Source: Candidatus Thorarchaeota archaeon (GTDB lineage Archaea > Asgardarchaeota > Thorarchaeia > Thorarchaeales > Thorarchaeaceae). From it: 19,482 bases of DNA. Of this stretch, positions 9,083 to 16,861 are shown one piece after another. The translations under genes were made by a program, and so were the position numbers. The stretch covers positions 1 through 19,482 of the forward strand of contig RDNZ01000048.1 of NCBI GenBank assembly GCA_011364905.1, given 5' to 3'. The notes beneath the pieces were generated by a model. It saw nothing but the letters and a program-made list of their open reading frames with translations. It was not told the DNA's origin and ran no database searches. Each line of letters begins with the position of its first letter. Within the stretch, counting starts at the first letter, position 1.

Positions 9083-9088
9083 TTTAAA
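9083..9088. promoter_or_regulatory. Palindromic TATA-like box in the divergent polC/rpa intergenic region
   Basis: TTTAAA is the clearest TATA-like hexamer in the 152-bp gap. Confidence 0.4.
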
Positions 9089-9140
9089 GCAGCTAGACAC
9101 GACCATAAAATAGCCTAGGCCACCAGATAGGCAATGGAAG

Positions 9141-11315
9141 GTGACTCATTTGCTCACTCTTGAGGAAACAATTGAACTGATTCTAAAACATAGGTCTGAC
9201 TATGAGCGTAAAGACATATTGACCATGATTGAGGAAAAACGGGAGGAGCTTGGAAAAGAGGTGATTAATGATGAGTCGGCGGCCATGATTGTTGCCAGAG
9301 AACTCGGGGTCGATCTTCATCAGATGTCACCAAAGGCACGCCAAAGAATTGAGGATATAACTGAAGCCACTAGAAGTATAGCCATTACGGCGAAAGTCAT
9401 CAACATAGGGACGGTCCGCACATTCTCCCGAAAAGACGGAGGAAGTGAAGGCAAGGTCGCAAGTATAATGGTCTCAGATGAAACTGGAAAAATGAGAGTG
9501 GTCTTGTGGGACGACCTCACAAGTGCAGTTTCTGAAGATATCATCTCTATCGGAGATGTTGTGCAGCTCCGTGGAGCCTATGTGAAGAAAGGACTTGGAG
9601 ATGCCCTAGAACTGAACCTAGGTAGGACGGGACAGATTAGAGTGCTTGAGGACTTTGAGATAGAGGACCTCGGGATAGACTTCAAGGAGTCAGCATTAGG
9701 AGAATACAAGATTTCTGATCTTGAGGAGGGTATGTTCAACATCAATCTCAAGGTGCAGGTTCAAAGGGTGTTTCGTCTTTCCACATTCACAAGAAAGAGT
9801 GATGGTTCCGAAGGAAGGGTTCTCAGCATTGTTGGAGCCGACGAAACCGGAACAGCAAGACTTGTCTTTTGGGATGACAAAGCCTCTGAGATGGAGAACG
9901 CAGAGGAGGGTGAGGTCATTCAAATTAGTGGCGCTAACACCAGAATGAACCGGGACGGTTCAAGCATCGAAGTGCATGTTGGACGTGCCGCTACAATCGA
10001 ACGAGGACTTGATGAAGAGATAGATGCCGTGGAACCAGATCAACTTGGAGGGGGTGCTGAACCACAAGGGCTGAAGCAGATAGCTGACTTGACAACTGAA
10101 ATGAGGGATGTCGACATCGAAGGAAAAGTCGCAACAATCTTTGATGAGAGATCTTTTACTACTGAAAACGGTAGAGACGGACGAGTTAGGAATGTCGTTC
10201 TGGTTGATGAATCCGGTTCAATAAGGGTGACATTCTGGAATGATGATGTGGATACAATACAAGAAGTCAAAGAGGGAGATGTCATCGAGGTCCTTCACGG
10301 CTATGTGAAAGAGGGTTACAGGGGTGGTGTGGAATATCAGGTGGGAAGAAGGTCTGAGATTCATATTAACCCAAAGGGCTCAAAACTCGCAAAACTGGAC
10401 CTGTCACAGAAACACTACCCTGGTGGGAGTGGCACAGAGCCACAAGGCCTGAAACAAATAGCTGACCTGACAACTGGAATGTGGGATGTTGACATTGAGG
10501 GAAAGGTTGTCACAATTTATGACACAACCAACTTCACAACCAAAGACGGAAGAGATGGGCGAGTCAGAAATGTGATACTTGCCGATGAATCAGGAAAGAC
10601 TCGCGTCACATTCTGGAACGATGATGTCGATAGACTAGAAGAGGTCAAAGAGGGAGATATCATCAAGGTCCTTCACGGCTATGCAAAGGAAGGTTTCAGG
10701 GGTGGTGTGGAATATCAGGTGGGAAAGAACTCTGAGATTCATATTAACCCAAAGGGCTCAAAACTCACAAAACTGGATGTGTCGCAGATTTCCCTGCAAC
10801 CTATGGCAAGAGCCTCAAGAGTGCTTATTGGGGATATAGGTGACAGTATGGAGGCTACAAGTGTTGAGATCTGTGGTATAGTTGTGAACTTGAATCAGAC
10901 AGCAGCCCCAATCTACCAAGCATGTCCAAGCTGTAACAAAAAACTCGAGGAAACAGACAATGGATATGTTTGCAAGTCCTGTGGAAAAGTCGACAAACCA
11001 GAACCAAGGATGTTATACACAATAACTGTGGACGACGGGTCTGGTTCGATTAGAGTCACACTCTTCGGCAAGGTTGGCGAAGAGCTGCTTCAGATGACTG
11101 CAGAAGAGGCCAATGAGATAATCAAGAAGACTGGAAAGGCTGAACAACCACTCATAGAGAATGAGAACGTGGTTGTCGGAAGATACCTTGCAATCTATGG
11201 ACGCGTGAGAAAATACCGGGACTCATTTAGCCTCTCAGCAAGTGGTTTTGAGTTTGCAGACGCCGTGACAGAAATAAAACGGCTGAAAGGGGAAATCCAG
11301 AAAGAAATAAGCTAA
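9141..11315 (+). CDS. rpa: Replication protein A large subunit (N-terminal helical domain, four tandem OB folds, Zn-finger OB fold, C-terminal helix)
   Basis: Four DE(T/S)G-x-x-R-h-x-h-W motifs, YQACPSCNKK...CKSC Zn finger with DDGSGSIRVTLF (RPA70 DBD-C-like), and the N-terminal AAMIVARELGV motif typical of archaeal RPAs. Confidence 0.93.
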   Translation: MTHLLTLEETIELILKHRSDYERKDILTMIEEKREELGKEVINDESAAMIVARELGVDLHQMSPKARQRIEDITEATRSIAITAKVINIGTVRTFSRKDGGSEGKVASIMVSDETGKMRVVLWDDLTSAVSEDIISIGDVVQLRGAYVKKGLGDALELNLGRTGQIRVLEDFEIEDLGIDFKESALGEYKISDLEEGMFNINLKVQVQRVFRLSTFTRKSDGSEGRVLSIVGADETGTARLVFWDDKASEMENAEEGEVIQISGANTRMNRDGSSIEVHVGRAATIERGLDEEIDAVEPDQLGGGAEPQGLKQIADLTTEMRDVDIEGKVATIFDERSFTTENGRDGRVRNVVLVDESGSIRVTFWNDDVDTIQEVKEGDVIEVLHGYVKEGYRGGVEYQVGRRSEIHINPKGSKLAKLDLSQKHYPGGSGTEPQGLKQIADLTTGMWDVDIEGKVVTIYDTTNFTTKDGRDGRVRNVILADESGKTRVTFWNDDVDRLEEVKEGDIIKVLHGYAKEGFRGGVEYQVGKNSEIHINPKGSKLTKLDVSQISLQPMARASRVLIGDIGDSMEATSVEICGIVVNLNQTAAPIYQACPSCNKKLEETDNGYVCKSCGKVDKPEPRMLYTITVDDGSGSIRVTLFGKVGEELLQMTAEEANEIIKKTGKAEQPLIENENVVVGRYLAIYGRVRKYRDSFSLSASGFEFADAVTEIKRLKGEIQKEIS
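10059..10787 (+). repeat. Intragenic tandem duplication (period 378 bp = 126 aa) of OB3/OB4 in rpa
   Basis: Units about 10059..10409 and 10437..10787. Identical blocks 10319-10347 = 10697-10725 (29 bp) and 10353-10388 = 10731-10766 (36 bp). Confidence 0.95.
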
Positions 11316-11340
11316 AAATGGGATTTTATAATCCTGCTTC

Positions 11341-11350
11341 GCTTTTTTGG
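11341..11350 (+). terminator. Putative oligo-T terminator of rpa
   Basis: Pyrimidine-rich run ending in TTTTTT (11343-11348) about 28 nt after the rpa stop. Confidence 0.45.
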
Positions 11351-11420
11351 TCAAAAGGTAATATTATTCGTGTTTATAATTGATAATACCTTAACAAAAT
11401 GTGTAATGAATCCCACACGT

Positions 11421-11678
11421 ATGGTTGTTGCAGAACGCAACTATCTAAGAGGTGTTCTTAGAGCATTTTTGAAAGGGAAGAAGAATCAGAACTATGTCAT
11501 AGGTTGTTTCCGGAATGTGCCCATTTCTATTTTTGATGAAGTTGCGCAGAGCCTCTCAGATTACTCCGAAGAACCGCGGTTTGGTGAGCTTTACGAGATA
11601 AGGAAAGAACTACTACATCATCTGAAAGAAAGACAAGAGAAGACTCGATGGAGTTCTTGGGCGATTTCCAAGTACTGA
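11421..11678 (+). CDS. Small hypothetical helical protein (about 85 aa)
   Basis: Fills the gap between rpa and sufS, with AT-rich promoter-like DNA upstream and protein-like composition. Start uncertain (11370 GTG, 11406 or 11421 ATG). Confidence 0.65.
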   Translation: MVVAERNYLRGVLRAFLKGKKNQNYVIGCFRNVPISIFDEVAQSLSDYSEEPRFGELYEIRKELLHHLKERQEKTRWSSWAISKY

Positions 11679-11692
11679 ATTAGTATCGGCTC

Positions 11693-12934
11693 CTATTTGC
11701 TTGCTTCGATGAGTGCCTCTAGTCCTGAAAGAAAGGTGTCGACATCTTTTCGGTTGTTATAGAGATAGAAACTGGCTCTTACCGTACCTTTCTTCGGATC
11801 GATTCCCATCTGATAGTGAAACGGACCAACACAGTGCCAACCACTACGGACCATGACATTGAACTCGTCATTTAGGAATGTAGCTACATCATGCGCAGAC
11901 GAAACCGTATCTACGAGAAATGTGACCAATCCAGTCTTGATATTGATGTCCTTTGTCCCCAGAATCTGAACATGTTTCATATCGCAAAGCCGCTTGAGTG
12001 CAATATCAAGAAGGGAACGTTCATATTTTTCGATCTCATGCATCCCAATCGCCTGAAGATACTCAGCTGCTGCTCCCGCACCAATAGCACCAGCATAATT
12101 TTGGAGACCAGCTTCAAACTTCTCAGGTGGAGGCAAATATTCCGGGATGATTACACCGTTCTCGAATCGAACATCGCTCACTGTGTCACCACCATATAGG
12201 AACATGTTCATTGATTTGAGATGTTCTAGCTTGCCATAAAGAACACCCATGCCAGACGGCCCACACATTTTGTGGGCAGAGATTGCTGAAAAATCAACAT
12301 CGAGCTTCTGAACATCAAGTGGATGGTGAGGGGCATACTGAGCGTCATCACTCATGACTAGAGTTCCCCTGTCATGAGCGATTTCTACGATTTCTTTCAT
12401 GGGTGCGACTGTGCCAGTCACATTAGAGGAGTGAACAATAGACACAAGACTCGTGTTTCGGTCTATGGCCTTCTTCCAGTCTTCAATGTTGAAAGTCCCG
12501 TCTGATTGAGCCTTGACTATTTCGATCTTCAGACCATCTCTTTTCGCACGTTCCACAAAAGGAAGTGAGCCACTATGGTGTTCGAGAGAGGTCGTGATAA
12601 TCTTTGATCCCTTTGGGAGTTTCACAGAACTCGCAACAATATTCAGTGACTCCGTAGCATTTCTAGTCCATATGCATTCGGCCTCTTCAGCAGCATTCAG
12701 GAATCTGGCAAATTTGACCCTGGCCTCGTGATAGGCATTGGAGACTTCTTCTCCGAACCTATGGATGCTTCTCCCTCCACAAGCGGGATACTGCTCATAA
12801 TATTCATTCATGGCATTGATAACCTGACGAGGTTTCAAAGCCATACATGCACTATCCAGATAGACTACTGGACGACCATTAATAGTACGAGTAAGTGGAG
12901 GAAAGTCATTTCTAATCTTAGTCCAGTCTACCAT
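11693..12934 (-). CDS. sufS: Cysteine desulfurase, SufS/CsdA type (PLP-dependent, class V)
   Basis: IRNDFP, VYLDSA, EHH, HSSNVTG, DDAQYAPH, PLP lysine SAHKMCGPSG, KFEAG, catalytic VRSGWHC, VRASFYLYN. The ATG at 12934 avoids overlap with the upstream gene. Confidence 0.9.
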   Translation of the reverse strand: MVDWTKIRNDFPPLTRTINGRPVVYLDSACMALKPRQVINAMNEYYEQYPACGGRSIHRFGEEVSNAYHEARVKFARFLNAAEEAECIWTRNATESLNIVASSVKLPKGSKIITTSLEHHSGSLPFVERAKRDGLKIEIVKAQSDGTFNIEDWKKAIDRNTSLVSIVHSSNVTGTVAPMKEIVEIAHDRGTLVMSDDAQYAPHHPLDVQKLDVDFSAISAHKMCGPSGMGVLYGKLEHLKSMNMFLYGGDTVSDVRFENGVIIPEYLPPPEKFEAGLQNYAGAIGAGAAAEYLQAIGMHEIEKYERSLLDIALKRLCDMKHVQILGTKDINIKTGLVTFLVDTVSSAHDVATFLNDEFNVMVRSGWHCVGPFHYQMGIDPKKGTVRASFYLYNNRKDVDTFLSGLEALIEASK

Positions 12935-12939
12935 ATTGA

Positions 12940-13173
12940 TCAGCCTTTTACCAGTTGCCACCTGTAGCCTCCTTTGCCAAACTTCTTGGTGATTAAGCCA
13001 TTTTCTACAAGCTGGTTTGCTGCTGCGACAAAGGCATCACCACCTGCACAATCTGTGCAAAGACTGGCATACTCGTCAGTGCTTGCAATCTCAAGAATTT
13101 CTTTAGTTGTCAATGACTCATTACTTCCAAGAATTTTGAGAACACACTGAGCGTTTTTTGAGAGGTCTGACAT
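12940..13173 (-). CDS. Small winged-helix protein with CxxC motif (77 aa)
   Basis: MSDLSKNAQCVLKILGSNESLTTKEIL...LCTDCAGGD...AANQLVENGLITKKFGKGGYRWQL fits the wHTH pattern (helix-LTxxEI-helix-LxxxGLI-wing). Its stop lies 5 nt before the sufS ATG. Confidence 0.75.
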   Translation of the reverse strand: MSDLSKNAQCVLKILGSNESLTTKEILEIASTDEYASLCTDCAGGDAFVAAANQLVENGLITKKFGKGGYRWQLVKG

Positions 13174-13236
13174 GACTAATCGGAGGCGGAACATTGGATA
13201 ATATGAAACCTTCGTAATAGTCCTAAAAGGCATTCA

Positions 13237-13253
13237 ACAAAACGCTTAAATTA
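13237..13253 (+). promoter_or_regulatory. Putative BRE/TATA promoter of elf1
   Basis: CAAAACGCTTAAATTAA matches the archaeal BRE+TATA arrangement; a GGTGA SD motif lies just upstream of ATG 13335. Confidence 0.55.
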
Positions 13254-13334
13254 ACACCCGAGCCGAAGAGCCCGCTCTATTTCTTTCGGGGCTGTTGCTC
13301 TGACAGGTGTGAAATAGGTAAAGGGTGAAACTTC

Positions 13335-13586
13335 ATGGGAAGACGACGAAGACAGAAAGTAAGACGGCGACCGCAGAAGCGTATTCCGGACGTGTACCCA
13401 TGTCCAGATTGTGGAAATACTGCTATCAAGATTGAACTTTATCGAGACAACGCCATAGCCACAGTGAAGTGTGGTTCATGCGGGCTAGAAATGACTGTTG
13501 ATGACGTCAACCCTCTGACAGAACCAGTGGATATCTACGGATCCTTCATCGATAGATTCTATGAAACTCGAAAGGCTGAAGTCTGA
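13335..13586 (+). CDS. elf1: Transcription elongation factor Elf1 (Zn ribbon)
   Basis: Basic N-terminus MGRRRR, YPCPDCG...CGSCG, EPVDIYGSFID, the Elf1 family signature. Confidence 0.93.
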   Translation: MGRRRRQKVRRRPQKRIPDVYPCPDCGNTAIKIELYRDNAIATVKCGSCGLEMTVDDVNPLTEPVDIYGSFIDRFYETRKAEV

Positions 13587-13652
13587 CACAGTACAAACCC
13601 TAACATTCAGCAACGGTTATAAGTGGACTCAGTCCGGAGGCACAAGATTCTG

Positions 13653-13772
13653 ATGCAGGCCATTGAAACATACATTTCTATTCTATTCATTCTACTCGCT
13701 GCAATGGGAATCATAGCACTCCTTCTCACTATGGGCTATATGGTCTATGGTGATGAGGAGGAAGAAGAATAA
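13653..13772 (+). CDS. Unannotated 39-aa single-pass membrane peptide with acidic tail
   Basis: MQAIETYISILFILLAAMGIIALLLTMGYMVYGDEEEEE*. GGAGG at 13636-13640, TTATAA at 13617-13622. Fills the elf1-ORF76 gap in the same orientation. Confidence 0.7.
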   Translation: MQAIETYISILFILLAAMGIIALLLTMGYMVYGDEEEEE

Positions 13773-13793
13773 ATCACGGGATGTTGTTCCCGA

Positions 13794-14024
13794 ATGACGA
13801 ATTCAATTTTACGTACTGCGTTTGAAAATGTGGCACCGCATATTTCCAATCTTGATGAGATCAAGACACTTATTGATGAGGTTGAGGAGAAAGCTGACTC
13901 TCTCGAGATGGTTCTGAGGGAGTTGGAGTCGAAACTAGATGATGCGGAAGTCACACTTAAGACGGATATACGCATCTTGATTAATGAGTGTAGACATTTG
14001 GGTGGCAGGAAGACACTCAAATGA
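13794..14024 (+). CDS. Small acidic helical hypothetical protein (76 aa)
   Basis: Amphipathic helical pattern; ATGA stop/start overlap with lhr indicates translational coupling. Confidence 0.75.
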   Translation: MTNSILRTAFENVAPHISNLDEIKTLIDEVEEKADSLEMVLRELESKLDDAEVTLKTDIRILINECRHLGGRKTLK

Positions 14025-16861
14025 ATGCGTTTTCGCCCCTTAGTGAGGAGATATCCGAGTTCCTCAAAGCAAATGGCATAGTTCAGTTCACCCCAATTCA
14101 GAAAAAGGCTGTGCCCCTGCTTTTCAATGAGAGAGGCAACACACTTCTCCTCGCTCCCACTGGGAGTGGTAAGACTGAGGCTGCATTACTACCTCTTCTC
14201 CATCGTCTCCAAAAGATGAAAGAGTCTAAGGAACTCTTTGGGTTTTATCTTCTGTATATTACGCCCCTCCGAGCGCTGAATCGTGATGTCTTCAAGAGGA
14301 TTGAGGATCTCTGTACACATCTTGGACTCAGTGTTGAGGTCCGTCATGGTGATACAACACAATATGCTAGGAGAAAACAGGCCATCAAACCTCCGAATCT
14401 GCTCATTACTACACCTGAAACTCTTCAGGCAATCTTACCCGGGAAGAGATTGAGATACCATCTTCGGACAGTCTTTGCGGTAATCATAGATGAAGTGCAT
14501 GATTTGGCTAGTAGTAAGAGAGGAGTGCAGCTTAGTCTCGGTCTCGAGAGACTTGATCGACTAGTTGGTTCCTCTGTGCAGCGAATCGGACTGTCTGCCA
14601 CAGTTGGAAATCCAAAAGAGGTTGCAGCGCTCTTAGGAGGAGAGAAGTCGGCGAAGACTGTTTGGGCAGGATATGAAAAGCGGGAGATGGACCTGGCTGT
14701 TGAAGTGCCGATTCCTACAGAACTACATTATGACTTGGCCAAAAGAATCTCATATCCACCTCATTCAGTTGCTAGACTAGATAGAATTGTGAAACTCATC
14801 GATAACCACCAATCGGTCCTAGTATTCACAAATACTCGTTCATTTTCAGAGGTGCTTGGGGCAAAGATGCGTACGTTATCACCCCCCTTTGAGTTCGATG
14901 TTCATCATGGGTCGCTCTCAAAGACTGCACGACTTCACGCAGAAGACAGGTTCAAGACCGGACAATCAAAGGCCATAATCGCTACATCTAGCCTAGAACT
15001 TGGAATCGATGTCGGACAGGCGGATCTAGTTATACAGTACTCATCGCCAAGAGAAGTGGCAAGACTAGTCCAACGGGTTGGAAGGTCTGGTCACGGAGTA
15101 GGCAGACAGTCTAAGGGCGTTGTCATTGCGACCGTGAATCTGGATGACATTATCGAATCGGGAGTCATTCTCAGGAGAGCGCGTCAAAACAAAGTCGAGG
15201 ATGCCAGAATTCCAAAAAAAGCATGGGATGTGTTAAGTCATCAAATTGCGGGAGTTCTTCTTGATATCAATGACATTGAAAGGATTGACCTCATGAAACT
15301 CATCCGGTCATCTTACCCTTTCGCGCATATTGAGAACGAGGAGCTGGACAGTCTTCTCGGGTTTATGGATGAAAGAAGGGTGCTAGAGATTGATGGTCCC
15401 GAGGTGAAGAGAGGAGCAAAGACCAGAATGTTCTACTATAACCATCTGAGTACGATTCCTGATGTGCGTCAAGTTAATGCAGTGGATATGACAACTCGTA
15501 CTTCAATTGGGGTGCTTGATGAGGACTTCGTTTTGTCCAACGTTGAGCCAGGCTCGCTCTTTGTGATACGCGGCCGACCTTGGAGTGTTGTCAGTATAGA
15601 CGATGAATCAGGAGAGGTCTTGTGTGCTCCAGCTGGGGGAACTGACACAAATGTCCCCCGTTGGGTGGGAGAGATGATTCCAGTCCCTTATGAGGTCGCT
15701 TCAGAAGTTGCGAAAGTGTGGAATTCTGTCTTGGATAAGAATTCAAAGGCTGCAAGCAAATGGCTGAGAAGTGAGTATGGAATATCTAATGACTCGTTTG
15801 AGTATGTGTTCAGTGTTTTGAGAGACAGCAAGTCAATGCTTGAGGTGCTTCCTTCAGTAGATCTGTTCGTGGTTGAGAGTTTTGACTCTGGCTTGGTGCT
15901 TCATGCACCACTGGGTACAAAGGCAAATGAGACTCTTGGCATTGTAATTGCCTCACTTCTGACCACACGTTTTGGTTTAGAGGTTGCTGTTGAGAGGGAC
16001 CCCTATCGTATACTATTTACCGCCAGTAAGAGAATAGATCCAGATTGGGTCCTGGATATACTTCGAGAGTATTCAGCTGACCAGGTATCAGTCATTCTTC
16101 GATTGGCAATGAAGAACACACAAAACTTCGCCTCAAGATTCGTTCATGTTGCTAGGAGAATGGATGTGATAAAGAAGGATGCCAAGCAAAAGGAAGTACC
16201 TGTGAAGTATCTTATCAAATCACTTGAAGGAAGTCCTGTTTTCGAAGAAGCAATGAGAGAGGTGTTGGATGACAAGATGGATGAAATAAGGGTCAAAGAC
16301 ATTTTTGAACGGTACTCGAAAGGAACCCTCAAGGTCCATGTCGTGACTAATGAAAATCCTTCACCACTTGCGCGACTTCTCATTGAAGAAAAGACTAGGT
16401 TTGAAGTCATGGGAGAGATTACTGAAGAAGATGAGGTTCTTCGGATGATGGAAGAACGGTTACTCTCAAAGAAGTTCAGACTCATCTGTATGGCTGAGAA
16501 CCATTGGAACTCGGTTAGGACTCTTTCTTCGCTTGAGGAGAATATCAAGTGTCCGATTTGCGAATCAGGAATGATTGCCGCAATATCACCAATTGTAGAG
16601 GGTTTCCCAAAGATAATTTCCAAACGAGTGCGGGGCGAAAAACTCACAAAGAGTGAGGAAAAGGAATTCAAATCTGCAGCACTTAGTGCAGAACTAGTGT
16701 CACAGTATGGAAAGACTGCTCTATTGGTCCTAGCAGGAAGAGGGATAGGAGTAACTACAGCATCAAGAATCCTTAGACCAGGATTAAAGGACCGCCTAGA
16801 GATTCTTCGAGCAATAGCTAAGGGAGAGTTGCAATATGAAAGGACACGACCCTACTGGTAA
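14021..16861 (+). CDS. lhr: Lhr-family SF2 DEAD/DEAH-box helicase with C-terminal Cys-rich extension
   Basis: APTGSGKTEAA, YITPLRALNRD, RHGDT, TTPETL, DEVH, GLSATVG, HHGSLS, TSSLELGID, QRVGRSGH, YxxLSTIPD, IGxLDEDF, PRWVGE. C-terminal C..H..CPIC and AGRGIG. Confidence 0.93.
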   Translation: MNAFSPLSEEISEFLKANGIVQFTPIQKKAVPLLFNERGNTLLLAPTGSGKTEAALLPLLHRLQKMKESKELFGFYLLYITPLRALNRDVFKRIEDLCTHLGLSVEVRHGDTTQYARRKQAIKPPNLLITTPETLQAILPGKRLRYHLRTVFAVIIDEVHDLASSKRGVQLSLGLERLDRLVGSSVQRIGLSATVGNPKEVAALLGGEKSAKTVWAGYEKREMDLAVEVPIPTELHYDLAKRISYPPHSVARLDRIVKLIDNHQSVLVFTNTRSFSEVLGAKMRTLSPPFEFDVHHGSLSKTARLHAEDRFKTGQSKAIIATSSLELGIDVGQADLVIQYSSPREVARLVQRVGRSGHGVGRQSKGVVIATVNLDDIIESGVILRRARQNKVEDARIPKKAWDVLSHQIAGVLLDINDIERIDLMKLIRSSYPFAHIENEELDSLLGFMDERRVLEIDGPEVKRGAKTRMFYYNHLSTIPDVRQVNAVDMTTRTSIGVLDEDFVLSNVEPGSLFVIRGRPWSVVSIDDESGEVLCAPAGGTDTNVPRWVGEMIPVPYEVASEVAKVWNSVLDKNSKAASKWLRSEYGISNDSFEYVFSVLRDSKSMLEVLPSVDLFVVESFDSGLVLHAPLGTKANETLGIVIASLLTTRFGLEVAVERDPYRILFTASKRIDPDWVLDILREYSADQVSVILRLAMKNTQNFASRFVHVARRMDVIKKDAKQKEVPVKYLIKSLEGSPVFEEAMREVLDDKMDEIRVKDIFERYSKGTLKVHVVTNENPSPLARLLIEEKTRFEVMGEITEEDEVLRMMEERLLSKKFRLICMAENHWNSVRTLSSLEENIKCPICESGMIAAISPIVEGFPKIISKRVRGEKLTKSEEKEFKSAALSAELVSQYGKTALLVLAGRGIGVTTASRILRPGLKDRLEILRAIAKGELQYERTRPYW

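Noticed and set aside
10059-10787. Direct repeats considered as a CRISPR array or mobile-element ends
   Set aside because: They are in-frame coding duplications of OB folds, with no spacers, transposase or terminal repeats.
11316-11420. Replication origin call
   Set aside because: No recognisable ORB/G-string repeats and no cdc6/orc1 in the window; kept only as a low-level finding.
13255-13300. GC-rich imperfect hairpin upstream of elf1
   Set aside because: Pairing is short and needs several bulges, and part of it probably lies upstream of the TSS, so it cannot be supported as an RNA element.
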